Shown: positions 31,600 to 42,577, counted from the stretch's first letter. The stretch: DNA of 64,000 nucleotides from an uncultured Chloroflexia bacterium (GCA_963706515.1 CAVPMW010000011.1:65675-129674), one strand, 5' to 3'. Program-made: numbers and translations. Notes: generated by a model from the sequence alone, not told the origin.

Positions 31600-32285
31600 A
31601 TGAGTGAAGGGACCAGGATGTTGGAGGTAGAGCAACCATCTGATGAGCCATCAGAGTCGCTTTCCTGGCGTCGGACCTGGCTGCTGGCCGTAATTCGGCC
31701 TTCTGTGGCCACCTCTCAGGCGGATTGCATCTGACCCAAATGCGACGGGCAGGCGGGCATACCTGCGGACGTTTTCAGCCACGTTCCTCGGAGAGAGCAT
31801 ACGTAGCCTTGAGATTGGCTCCTTCGGCGCAGGGCCGAAGCTCGCAGGACCGGAGGCAATTGGTAAACTGCCTGCCGTTCAACGTGATAATGGCAGTATT
31901 GTCCTTTGCCATTGTTTCAGGGGTGACCCATTCGTTGGCGAGAGGATTATTTCATGGCGGCGGGAGATACCCAAGCCTGCTCTACGCATTCGCTTCATTT
32001 TATGCACCTTTGTATATCCTCAGCAGCCTGGTCAGCGGAATTCTCTACCTCAACTGTCTTTATGTTCTGCTACTGGGTTATACCTTCCTGCTTGGCGCCA
32101 CAGCAATCCGGGCAATCCACGGGATTGGCTGGGGGCAGGCGGTGGTTTCCTTTTTGACTGGTCTCATGATCGTGTTCGGCGTCGTGGCTGTTTTTACTTT
32201 TTGTACGTTGGCGTTATTATTAGGCCCAAGTATCGGCGATGGATTTCAGAACAATATTTCTGGACCAGCCAGTGTGCAGTTTTAA
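31600..32285 (+). pseudogene. Yip1-family multi-pass membrane protein, frameshift near the N-terminus
   Basis: ATG 31600 follows AAGGAG (MSEGTRMLEVEQPSDEPSESLSWRRTWLLAVIRPS...). The TM core lies in ORF 31725..32285. Confidence 0.55.
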
Positions 32286-32426
32286 GCGTTTCATTGCCTC
32301 GCCCACTACAACGGGATGGCTTGGCAGGATCTTAGTGGGTGAAGGGGAGCCCGGGGAAGTGGTGTCGGAGTGTTACTTGTGCCAATCCACCCAGCTAAAT
32401 GAGATTACGTTTTGGGATGACGGAAG

Positions 32427-34119
32427 ATGGAAAAATCACAGGAACCGACAGATTCTGACAATTTTCTGGGGTGTCTGGTAGTTGCATTATTCGTATTAAT
32501 TTGGTTTATCGGAGGATTTCGGAATACTCCCGAAGAGCCGCCTGCGCAGGATACCCACACCCCTACGGTCAGTGCTGTTTCTTACCCTGATCCCACGACC
32601 TTTCGTATCGTGGCTGAGAGCGCGGTCAAACCGCTGCAGGATGCCGGGATCTTCGATGATTTCACCAAAGAGACCGGCATCAAGCTGAGCATCGATTATC
32701 GCGGACCGGTCGACGTCCGCAACGCCGTGAGCAACCTGGGCAAGAACAACCGAAAGACGGTGGATGCCTACTGGCCGGGGAGTCTGCTCTGGCTGCCGGG
32801 TCTGCGGGAGGCCCAGTCCCGTTTCGGTTGCGAAGACCTACGTGGTGCTGGCCGTCGATCCGGCCATCGCTAAGGAGCTTGGCTGGGATACGGCCAGGGA
32901 AATTGGCGCTGCCTCCGACCTGGTGAGCGCCATCCAAACCGGGAAGATCAACCTGGCGATGACCTCTGCCTCGCAGAGCACGCCCGGCGCAGCCTTCTAC
33001 CTGGCGATGTACACCGCCCTCACCGGGCAGCGGGTGCTGACCTCCAATGATCTCAACAATGCCCAGGCCCCTTGGACATCAAGACGATGCTGGCCGGCGT
33101 TGACCGCTCATCGGAGAACCTCGACCACCTCGACAGCGCTTCTTATCACCAGAAGACGTCGGGCTAATGAAACGAACGCCATCGTCATCTACGAGAGCCT
33201 CGCCACCCAGATGAACCAGGCGCTGATGGAAAAGGGCCAGCAGCCGATGACGATCTTTTATGTCGATCGGGCGACAGCCATCGCCGATATGCCCCTACGC
33301 TACGTTGACAACGGCGAAACCGGCAGGTTGGAACAATATCAGAAGCTGGTGGCATTCCTGGCCAGGCCTGAGATCCAGAAGAGGCTCCAGGCTCTCGGCC
33401 GGCGTACCAACCCGATCGGCATGCAATGTGAGGACTGCGACCCGGCGGTATTCAACCCGGCCTGGGGCATCAATACCAACACCGAGTTCCAGGAGATGGT
33501 CTTTCCCAAATCGCCCGTAACCAGGGCCGCGCGCTGGACCAGTATCAAACGCTCTTCCGCAAGCCGAGCTTCACCGTCTACTGCCTGGATTATTCTGGAA
33601 GTATGGACGGTAAGCGGCAGGGATGCAGATGGTCGACGCCATGGATCTTCTGCTCGATCAGGAGCGGGCGGCCGGTGTGTCGCTGCAAGCGGCCCCAGAC
33701 GACGTCACCGTGGTCTTCGGCTTTTCATACTGAAGTCCGCCAGGTCGGCGAGCCGGTCATCGGCAACGTTCCTTCAGCTCTGAAGGACTTATCAAGTCAG
33801 ATTGTCAGGTTTCAGCATGGGCCAGGGCACCGCCATGTTTGACTGCGTCAGTTTGCCCTCGACTACATTGCGGGTCAGACCGACCCGAAATATATCTAGC
33901 TCCGTCATTGTACTGACCGACGGGGAGTTTAATAAAGGTGCAAAGCGTCCTATTTTGCCAGCTATTACGGACGCAGAATTCAATCTCCCGATTTACGCCA
34001 TCGCCTTCGGCGACGCAGACTTCGGCCAGCTCGATCAGTTTAAGATGACCGGCGGTGACGTTTACGACGGTCGCCAGGATGTCGCCGCCGCCTTTCGCCT
34101 GGCGAGGGGCAACAACTGA
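32427..34119 (+). pseudogene. membrane-anchored solute-binding-like + von Willebrand A (vWA) domain protein, several frameshifts
   Basis: The N-terminal TM segment is LGCLVVALFVLIWFIGGF. The SBP-like part contains IDYRGPVDV...VDAYWPGS. The junction reads LDQYQTLFRKPSFTVYCLDYSGSMDG (MIDAS DxSxS), followed by GTAMFD and VIVLTDGE. Fragments 32427, 32764, 33603 and 33802 plus internal shifts make up the gene. Confidence 0.75.
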
Positions 34120-34131
34120 TGGGAGGATGCC

Positions 34132-34832
34132 ATGGGAAATGATGATAAGCGGATAACTCCGCAGGAGCTCGTTGCATTCGGGGTGGGTGTCACCGTGACC
34201 ATTGTATCGTCGTGATTACCAGCCTGGTCACCCCGATCCTTTCCCGTTCAACTTTCTCGATCAGCCTTGCCCTGGGCGCGGCGGCTGCCTACGGGGCGCT
34301 CAAGGTGCTTGACCCCGTACCAGCAAGACCTGATCGAAGCGCAGACCAAAGCCGAGTACCGGCGGATGCTGCAGGAGATTGGCGATTTCGCCGCGCGGAC
34401 GGGCAAGGCAAGCCAGAGCCTTCGCGTGGGTAGCCCCGAGGTTCCGGAAGGCTTGCCAGTATCGCCAGAATGACCGAGATGATCCACGCCCGTTACCAGG
34501 GAGCACCCTCGCGATTTCGCCGGGGCCTCAGCCACGCTGCTGATCCTGCAGAAGTTCGACGGGACGCTGGCAGCACTATCTGAAGGTCAAACGTGGTGAG
34601 TTGTTCATGGACGCGAGCGAAGAGAAAAGAGATCATCTAGACCGAGACGCGTGATATCCCTATGACTGAAATAGCCCTCGGGAAACTTGGCAAAAAGCTC
34701 GACGCGGGTGAAGCCCTCGATAAGGGCATCTCGAAGGTGACGTTGGAGAGCATGCTCCAATCATTGAACCTGATCCAATCTTTGAGCGACCAGATTGATG
34801 CCAGTCCTGAGATCGGAGACTTCGATGACTAG
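34132..34832 (+). pseudogene. XpaC-like (5-bromo-4-chloroindolyl phosphate hydrolysis protein family) membrane protein, several frameshifts
   Basis: ATG 34132 follows GGGAGGA. Two hydrophobic helices are followed by helical segments (YQQDLIEAQTKAEYRRMLQEIGDFA, LLILQKFDGTLA, MTEIALGKLGKKLDAGEALDKGISKVTLESMLQSLNLIQSL) spread over three frames. The family call is from memory. Confidence 0.45.
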
Positions 34833-34868
34833 TACACGCAATTTCATGTTCGGGTTCGCCCTACGGCT

Positions 34869-35962
34869 ATGGTCTCGATGATCGTTATTCTGATTTTTGG
34901 GTGGTGTAAAATCTTTTCCTGCCCGGCACCCCCACCCCTCCCTCTGCCGACGCCGACGCCAACGTCGTCTCCCCCCTCTGTTTATGTGTATGGCGGGTAT
35001 CGCTGCTTTGAAGACGAGCAATGCCTGGCTCTGCTCCGTGACAAGTATCATATTGAAGTCACAGGGGAATACCGCAAGGGCACATTTGGCATGGCGGATG
35101 ATTACAAGCCCAGTGTCGAGTGCATCTGGCCGGGAAGCAATACAGGGATCGACGATTTTCGAGCCAGGCAGCCCTGTGAAGATCCGCAAGTCGGCAGTGA
35201 TCTTCCAAACGCCCATTGCCCTCTTTACCTGGAAGGAGCTGCTGCCCGAGCTTGAAAAGGCTGGTCTCGTATATGCCAAAAATGACGTCTACTTCTTGAT
35301 GCTTGCAGCCGCTGGTAGATGCCATGGTCGCAGAAAAGCAGTGGAGTTCCTACGTCGGCGTCGCCATTCCCGGCTACGTACGGGTGGAGTCGCCGGCAAC
35401 TGATCCAGCCTCAAGCTCCAGCGGCATGCTGTGGCTGGAGATGATGGGCAATTTCCTGGTACCGGGTAATGACAGGGGCGGCAAGGTGCTTACGGCTGCC
35501 GATCTGCAGGCTAATCCGGATATCCTGCCCGCGGTTATACACCTACTGGGAGAACCAGGGCCTGCAGGTCGATACCACCAGCAAGCTGTTCGACAAATTT
35601 ATCAGCTCAGGAGCCGGCATGCCGGTCATTGTGGCGTATGAGAGCAGCTTTATCGACTGGTATGAAGCCCAATCGGACAGTATGAAGGCGCAGGCAGCCA
35701 GGATCGTTGGGCTCTACCCGGAAATTACGTCAACACGGACCACACGCTGGCATCATTGGCGCCCGCCTGCGACCCGCTGGTGGATGCACTCGCCAGCGAT
35801 GCCCAGCTTCAGGAGCTTGGCTGGCTAAAGCATGGCATGCGCAACAGCACAGGAGGCATCGGGGCAAAGCCGCAGAGCGCCTCGTGGTTCGCAGCCAGCG
35901 TGCCTTACGTCCCCGAGGCAAAGATCGACGTGTATCAGGCAATCAAGGACGTGTTGAAGTAG
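34869..35962 (+). pseudogene. solute-binding-like lipoprotein paralogous to the N-terminal half of the vWA protein, several frameshifts
   Basis: The signal is MVSMIVILIFGWCKIFSC, followed by a Pro-rich linker. GEYRKGTFGM...VECIWPGS parallels IDYRGPVDV...VDAYWPGS in 32427..34119. Fragments 34869, 34897, 35303, 35469 and 35756 make up the gene. Confidence 0.6.
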
Positions 35963-36003
35963 GGGATCGACCACCGGGTTTCATATAGAAGAAAGGATGC
36001 AGC

Positions 36004-37188
36004 ATGGACAACTTATCAGCTCAAGGTAACGCAGAGTTCGAAAGCCATCGTTACGGCTCAGGAGTACTCGCGGGAAATCAAGAAGTCACCGGCGCTGCCG
36101 CCGCTATCCGAACAGGAAATGGCTCGCGCCCCGACCAGGCTAAGACCCTGGTCCGGAGCGAGGACCGCCTGGAGGACATCGTCACCTTCGGGAGCGATGC
36201 TCAGGCAGGCGTGGCGAAAATCACGAAAGATATGCTGGCCGGGGTCCGGGTCGGCACGCTGGACGAGGTAATCCAGCTCTCGGAAGGCGTCCTCGCCCAG
36301 ATTCAGACTCTCGATATCAAAGACCTTTCACCAGTTGCCCGAAGGGTGGTGTTTGCCATTCTCGAAACAAAGACCGCCATCGAACAGCGCATTAAGAATT
36401 TCTTCAGGAGATACGAGCTGGTGAATACCCGTCTGGATCGCCAGGAGGCGGATATCTTTGCTAAGGAAACAGCCTCTACCGAACGCTACTACAAAGACGC
36501 TGAGCTCGCCAAAGCCGCCTTCGGGATATTGCTGGATGCTCGCTGCAAAGTGATGGCGATTAAGATTTTTCTGGAGGGCGAGCATGGCTATTCTCAGCTT
36601 CAGCGCCGCCAGCAGGCGGTCGTTGACGAACAACAGGCTGCCCGCAGGGATAACCGCTCCATAGACTATGCGATCGTCGCCGCAGGCGATCGCTATGCCA
36701 GGTATATCCAGCGCCTGGAAGGGAAAGCGGCAGGGCTGCATCAGGTGATCCTCTCCGCTTACCAGACGACCATTACCACGCGCATGATGGGTGATAACGA
36801 GATCATCATCCGGCAGAAGCTGAGCGATATCCGCACCGATCTGCTGCCGCAGTGGCGTACGCTGATCGCTATCGCTTATCAGGCTTACCAGCAGGAAGGC
36901 ATCGCCCGGTTCGTCCAACAGCTTACTCGTTCCGAAGCGGAGCTGCGCCACCAGGTTGCCGACCAGCTCGAAACGACAGCAGAAGGCGTAGCCGATCTTA
37001 TGACCCGCCCGCTCTTCGATTATGAGGCCATGCAGTACAACAACGACAAGCTGGTGAAATCGCTGGACATCCTGAAAACTGCCTCGATAGAGGCTAAGAA
37101 TATCCGGGATAAGGCAGAAGAGGAAATGCGAGCGCTTATCAGCCAGTTAGGCGACGCCGTCGCTGCGACCTCGGTGCGCAAGGAATAA
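36004..37188 (+). CDS. telA: TelA-family toxic anion resistance protein
   Basis: Intact 394-aa all-helical ORF. The architecture is typical of TelA/YaaN (…RYELVNTRLDRQEADIFAKE…, LLPQWRTLIAIAY…). Confidence 0.75.
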   Translation: MDNLSAQGNAEFESHRYGSGVLAGNQEVTGAAAAIRTGNGSRPDQAKTLVRSEDRLEDIVTFGSDAQAGVAKITKDMLAGVRVGTLDEVIQLSEGVLAQIQTLDIKDLSPVARRVVFAILETKTAIEQRIKNFFRRYELVNTRLDRQEADIFAKETASTERYYKDAELAKAAFGILLDARCKVMAIKIFLEGEHGYSQLQRRQQAVVDEQQAARRDNRSIDYAIVAAGDRYARYIQRLEGKAAGLHQVILSAYQTTITTRMMGDNEIIIRQKLSDIRTDLLPQWRTLIAIAYQAYQQEGIARFVQQLTRSEAELRHQVADQLETTAEGVADLMTRPLFDYEAMQYNNDKLVKSLDILKTASIEAKNIRDKAEEEMRALISQLGDAVAATSVRKE

Positions 37189-37209
37189 CCAACTAATAAT
37201 GATCGCTCA

Positions 37210-39420
37210 GTGCAGAAGGAGAGACGAACGAGAACCCATATCCGGTCATATTCAGCAATAATCGTTCTGCTGCTTACAGCGGTGATGTTTGTCAGCCTGT
37301 TCTCCGTACCTCCGCCCGTCGCGGTCCCTGGTACGTGGCTCCAACCGGCAGCGATGCCAACTCTTGCCTGAGCCCTGGAAGTCCGTGCGCAACGATAATA
37401 GGAGCTATCAATAAGGCGTCTCTTCCGGCGACAACGATTTCACGTGGCGATCTCGGAGCTTTATATTATTAGCACGAATAGCGAAGTGGTGCTAATTGAC
37501 AGGAACATATACCTTTCTGGAAGGGCGGGACCTAACCTTTACTACACAAGGGAGTAATTCCACCATTGATGGAAATGGAGCGTATAGTGGGATCGTTATA
37601 AATAGCGGCGTGACAGCTACTGCCTGATCGGTTTGCCGTTCATAATGGTTTTGGCTATGGGGGTGGAATCTCGGAACGGTGCGGGCACTCTGAGCCCCTA
37701 AACAACAGCACCATCAGCGGCAACACGACTATATTTTTAGCTAAAGCTGGAGGGGCTCAGCGACGAGGTACCTTACTCGCCCGTGAACAGCAGTATCATT
37801 AGCGGCAATACAGCCTATTCGGAAAGCAGTGGGGGGATCTATAACGTAGGTACCATGACCCTATATAACAGCACTATCGGCGAGAATATGTGGCGGGAAT
37901 GGCGGCAGGCATCCGCAACGACGGCAATATGATCCTATACAAGAACAGTACCGTCAGCGGTAACACAAGCCAGGTCGGCGGTGGCATCTACACACAAGGT
38001 TCGGTGACATTGCAAAACACCATTCTGGCTGGCAATGCATACTTTAGGGACTGGCCTAGATTGCTATGGCTCGATCACCAGCGCCGGTTACAACCTGATC
38101 GGAGGATACGAGCGGCTGCACCATTTCCAGCGAGACACCGCCACAGGAAACATCACAGGGCAGTGGATCCCTTGCTGGGTACCTTTGCAAGACAGATGGT
38201 GGTCCAACGCTCACCCAGGCGCTTCTGCCCGGCAGCCCGGCCATCAACGCTGGCAACCCGGCTGGCTGTACCGATCAGCAGGGTAATCCTTCTCACTCCG
38301 ACCAACGAGGTAAACCCCGCGTCGGTCGCTGTGACATTGGCGCTTATGAATTGCAGCCGCTTAGGGTTTTCTGCCAAGCTGGCGGATCGCCAAGTTTCTC
38401 ACCACTGGGGAAGCCATTTCATATACCATCACACTCGACAACCCTGGTGCGGCTGAAAGTCACTGGCGCGCAGTTATCCGACGCTCTGCCTGCTCATCTC
38501 GGATTTGTGAATGGCTCGCTATCCGCGAGACAAAGGCGCAGGCAGCATCTTATCAGAATGGTGCGATTTCGTGGAGCGGGTACGCTGTGCTGCGCAGGAG
38601 CAGGTGCAGGTTGGCTTTTCGCTGCCACCATCGATGACTTGGCGTCCATCGAATCGACCCATCGCCAATACGGCAGAAATCCGAGGCGGTGGGGAGGTTT
38701 TCGCTGCGAAAGGCAGCCGTGCTGGTGAGAGCCTGTCGGATCGAGCCCTATCGAAATCATCTCCCAGCCATCCTGAGGCCTTGCCATCCCCCTCTACTCT
38801 GACAACTTCAGCAATCCTGCCAGCGGCGTGGCTTGTGGGCGGACGATGGAGATAACCGCTACGAATACCTGAACAGGTGAGTACCGCATCCTGGTACGCC
38901 CGGCTCCCATGGGGGGCAGGCGTCGATCCCGGGTTCCAGTCTTGCGGATTACTCCGTCGCTGTCAACCTGCGGAACCTCATTATGCGGCTCGACGGCTGG
39001 TATGGGATTGCCTTCGGGGTCGCTGGCGATTGGAGCACATTCTACACGTTGGAGATCTATCCGAATGGCTGGTACGGTATTTACCGTTATGACCCGACCG
39101 CCATTGTTACTCTCTCTGAGGCATCGTTCACCAGCAATCCCATCAGGGCAGCGCGGCCAACCAGATCAAAGTCGAGCGGATTGGATCGACCATCAACGCC
39201 TACGCCAATGGCCAGCTTCTGGCAAGCGTTGACCGATGGCACCTACGCTGGCTCCCGAGATACATCGGGCTAGTGGTGTTCAGTGATAACCAGCCGAACG
39301 TTGATATCCGTTTCCGATAATTTCACTGTACGTGCTCAAGCGGCTCGTGCTGGGCCGGCTGCTGCCTTGAGCGTTACGGATGGGGCTTCTGAATTGCCGG
39401 CTCAGCGATTTCTCGAGTAG
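37210..39420 (+). pseudogene. secreted beta-helix / choice-of-anchor-Q-like / DUF11-like surface protein, heavily frame-disrupted
   Basis: The GTG 37210 signal anchor is IIVLLLTAVMFVSLF. Recognisable pieces are YVAPTGSDANSCLSPGSPCATIIGAINKA, repeated N(S/T)T(I/V)SGNT motifs, CDIGAYELQP, a DUF11-like segment and a C-terminal NQIKVERIG..INAYANGQLL...FSDNQPNVDIRFDNFTV. More than 10 frame changes by eye. Confidence 0.55.
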
Positions 39421-39563
39421 ATCCAACGCGTTGAGAAAAGCCATGGAAAACTCCAGCGGTAAAGCAGGTGAGTCGCATGCCAGCCAGGGGAATCCCCATC
39501 TGGCTGGTAATTGCCCGCCGCGGACCCTGGTAATTTAACCGGATAAAGATCGAAGGTGATCGA

Positions 39564-40193
39564 ATGACTATTGAAGATGAACTTCGACCTGAGCTAACGC
39601 CGGTACCGGTCTGGAACAACTGGCACTGCCGCCACCGGCTCCTGCTAACAAGTCGGAGCAGGAGTGTATTCATCATCATTGGTGGGCTGATCGTTTTTCT
39701 GTGCGCTTGTTTGGGGATTTCTGGCACCTTGCGTAGGGATTTGTGGCGGGACCATTGGCGCGTTGGCGGTCAAGACTTATACGGAAGAGGCCAAAGGTCG
39801 AAAGCGTCATATGATGATTGTGTCTGGGCCTGATGGCTGGTAAAGAGGCCAGTCAAGCCTATCGCCTGTTTTCGACTCGTGCGGAAAAGAAATGTATCGT
39901 TAGCCGACAACGAGAAACTCTTGGAAGGCAATAATTACACGCTGTTTGAAGGCTATCGAGGTGTGACCATCACCGGCGTAGCACGCCTCAACGCCACCGT
40001 TCACTCGGACCCCGATATGCCCCAAGGACAGGTTACCGAGGTAGAAGGTGAGATTTCCTACTCTGACGGTTATACGGGCACCTTCAATGCTGTTTCTTGA
40101 AAGGACGGAGATGAGTGGCGACTCTTCGGTATCAATGTTACAGTCCCACCGGACAAGTTCGGTCCTAGGTTTTCTAGTAATAGCCAGCTTTGA
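39564..40193 (+). pseudogene. hypothetical membrane-anchored protein, about 2-3 frameshifts
   Basis: ORFs 39564..39833 and 39879..40100 plus a tail ending at TGA 40191-40193 read colinearly (TM segment VFIIIGGLIVFLCACLGI; ...EGEISYSDGYTGTFNAV..GDEWRLFGINVTVPPDKF). Confidence 0.4.
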
Positions 40194-40280
40194 GCAGTTA
40201 AGCTAATCGATTGATGGTGAATTGGTTGTCCAGAGAGGAGCTTCCATTATGATCGGACCTTTAGGATTCTAGTAGGCGAA

Positions 40281-40517
40281 ATGGTTGCACTGTTTTTCGC
40301 TGTCTACCTGATCGAGAGGAGCTCCAAATCCCAGGAACAAACGGGCAGACGATCCCATTTCGTCCGAATAGTAGGAATTTTAGTAATGATTGGCGTTGCT
40401 GCGGGAATATGGTTTGGCGGGAATATACAATGCCTTGTAATTCTGGGGATATTTATCCTGCTGGGATATGGTATTTTCAGATATTTTGGGAATGTCCGTT
40501 CTCGTCCTCTCGATTAG
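40281..40517 (+). CDS. small two-TM membrane protein (78 aa)
   Basis: ORF 40281..40517 with hydrophobic helices (IVGILVMIGVAAGIWFGG, LVILGIFILLGYGIF). The RBS is weak. Confidence 0.4.
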   Translation: MVALFFAVYLIERSSKSQEQTGRRSHFVRIVGILVMIGVAAGIWFGGNIQCLVILGIFILLGYGIFRYFGNVRSRPLD

Positions 40518-40529
40518 TCTCAAGAAATA

Positions 40530-40697
40530 ATGGGAACCTCGGACAATGTAGCACCGCTCCCTCGCAAGGGATTGGCGCGAAACACAAAAATCGTCATCGG
40601 TTGCAGTACTGTTATCCTCATCGCCATCGGGCTGATATGCACTGGCACAGGTTATTTTAATCTACACCCTCAAATAAGCTCTCATCACATTGGCTGA
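40530..40697 (+). CDS. small single-TM protein (55 aa)
   Basis: Below the ORF-track cutoff. The product is MGTSDNVAPLPRKGLARNTKIVIGCSTVILIAIGLICTGTGYF.... It lies 12 nt after the previous small ORF. Confidence 0.3.
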   Translation: MGTSDNVAPLPRKGLARNTKIVIGCSTVILIAIGLICTGTGYFNLHPQISSHHIG

Positions 40698-40731
40698 TAA
40701 ATGCCGTCTCTTCACCCGTTATAATTGCCCA

Positions 40732-42177
40732 ATGCAACGAAATTTCTTACCCCGCTTGTGGCAGGGGCTGATCCTGCTGCTGGTCTTACTCGTTCCACTG
40801 GGCGGGTTGCAAGCGGGGCGCCATCCAGCGCACTTGCCCAGTCCGGCGGGGTGACCGCCTTCGACCTGATCATCGCCATGAACACGCTGCGCGCTTCGTA
40901 CGGGCTGCCGGCGCTGGTGGAAGACCCGATCATCGACGCCGTCGCCCAGTCGACGGCGGAGATCATGGCTGCCAACAATATGTCGTCGCACATCGGCGAC
41001 GTGCGCGGGCGGCTGCAGGCGGCCGGCTACGGCGGCGGGGCGCAGGTGTGGGCGACCGAAAATTTCGCCGTGGGCGGCATCCTTCGGCATCGACGAGATC
41101 ATGCTGGTCTGGTGCGACGCTTCGCACATGATCCCGGCGGTCAACCCGGCTTACTGCAACGTCGGGGCAGGGGTCGCCAAAGCCGCCAACGGGCGCACCT
41201 ATTACATCTTGCAGGCGGCCTACACCTCGGCTAAATCCTGCGGGGAATATAAATCCGTGGGCGGCGGGAGCAACACCCAGCCCGGCGGGGTGACGGGCGT
41301 ATCGCAGATCATCATCCCGGTGAAGATCGCCACGCCGGACGCCGAAGGCAGGGTCTTCCACGAAGTGAAGGCCGGGCAATCCTTCTGGGCCATCGCCGTG
41401 GCTTACAAGATCACCATCAACGACCTGGAGGTGTGGAACAATCTTTCACGAGCAGAACAAGCTGCAGATCGGGCAGAAGCTGTTCATCCCCGGCAGCAAC
41501 ACGAAGGGCTATGCCACGCCCACGCCGGTGGGCATGATCCAGGTAGCACGCCCGACGCGGACGGCAGGATCGTGCATTCCGTCGCAGCCCTACAACACGC
41601 TGATCACGATCGCCGATGCCTACGGGGTGAAGGTCGATACTATCCTGGCGAATAACGGCCTGCAGGTGGATTGGCCCTTGCAGATCGGGCAGAAGCTGGT
41701 GATCGACCCGGGAACTTTACCCCCAGCCCTACCCCCCGCCCGCTGACCCCCATCGAGAAGCTCACCCCGGCCAGCGATGGCAAGTATTACCACACGGTCA
41801 GCAGCGGGGAGACGCTGTCGTGGATCGCCGGTTATTACGGCGTGAACATGGGCGAGCTGATGGCCTGGAACGGGCTGAGCGCCAGCTCGATCATCTTCCC
41901 CGGGGAAAAGCTGCTGCTGCAGGTGACGCCGCCCGCCACCGAGACGCCCGTGCCCCCGCCGGCAACGCCCACGCCGCTCCCTGTCGCAACCTTTACGCCG
42001 TCTCCTACACGTGAAAGCTCCGCGGCGCAGCCGCCATCCCCCACGGCGACCCCCGCCGAGCCTGTAGCGGAGTCTCCCTTCGCCGGTGGGAAGCTTACAG
42101 GCATGCTGATCTTATTTGTCGCTCTGGCTGCAGGGGGATTGATCGTAGCGGGATTTTTCATGCGCCGGAAATCGTAA
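40732..42177 (+). pseudogene. secreted CAP/SCP-domain + 3x LysM protein with C-terminal TM anchor, several frameshifts
   Basis: The signal is MQRNFLPRLWQGLILLLVLLVPLGG and the CAP-like part is NTLRASYGLPALVEDPIIDAVAQSTAEIMAANNMSSH...ENFAVGG. LysM repeats are HEVKAGQSFWAIAVAYKITINDLEVWNNL, ...YNTLITIADAYGVKVDTILANNGL and HTVSSGETLSWIAGYYGVNMGELMAWNGL. The TM anchor is MLILFVALAAGGLIVAGFF. Confidence 0.7.
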
Positions 42178-42282
42178 GGGCTAGCTGGCTGTCCTCAGGC
42201 TTGGGTAGGGTATTACCCTCCCATTTTAGGGGAGGCCCAGGGAGGGATCGCTTCCCCAACCGCCTGTCGAAAGCCCCGCCCA

Positions 42283-42444
42283 GCGTGAACTGAGCGATCT
42301 CGGGCGTGGTGCATGTTCACATACCAATCCCTCCTTGCGTATACCTTCAGCACTCTGACATTCGTCCACCAAGCGATTGAGGCCGGCGAAGATGCTCTAA
42401 AAGTTATACGCTCTGCAGAGAGGGTGGGCCGCATCTCCACGGTG
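42283..42444 (+). repeat. copy 1 of a roughly 150-160-bp direct repeat family whose right end resembles a reverse-strand tRNA 3' end
   Basis: A 93-nt block (gcgtgaactgagcgatctcgggcgtggtgcatgttcac...ccaccaagcg) differs at 4 positions (hand count) from 44396 onward. The tail aaagttatacgctctgcagagagggtgggccgcatctccacggtg is shared with copies 2 and 3. Confidence 0.85.
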
Positions 42445-42548
42445 GGTGTAATAGATGGAAAAAGCCTGTATCCTATCAAAGTTATTGATTGGTACAGGCT
42501 TTTTGATAGTCGCGCTCCATTCCATTTCTAAAAAATGGTTTATAGCGC

Positions 42549-42577
42549 TTTACGCTTAGCGCAATGCGTTATATAAT
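42549..42577 (+). promoter_or_regulatory. candidate sigma70-type promoter of higBA (TTTACG-N17-TATAAT) with overlapping inverted repeat
   Basis: tttacg at 42549-42554 and tataat at 42572-42577. The agcgct...agcgc inverted repeat spans the -35 element. The ATG at 42590 implies a very short leader. Confidence 0.4.

Noticed and set aside
42313-42531. ORFs across the repeat copies sharing the peptide DALKVIRSAER (42313..42531+, 55755..56006+).
   Set aside because: Conservation is at the nucleotide level, including third positions. It extends through stop codons and holds in only part of the ORFs. Copy 2 does not keep the frame. This is more likely a non-coding repeat than a gene family.
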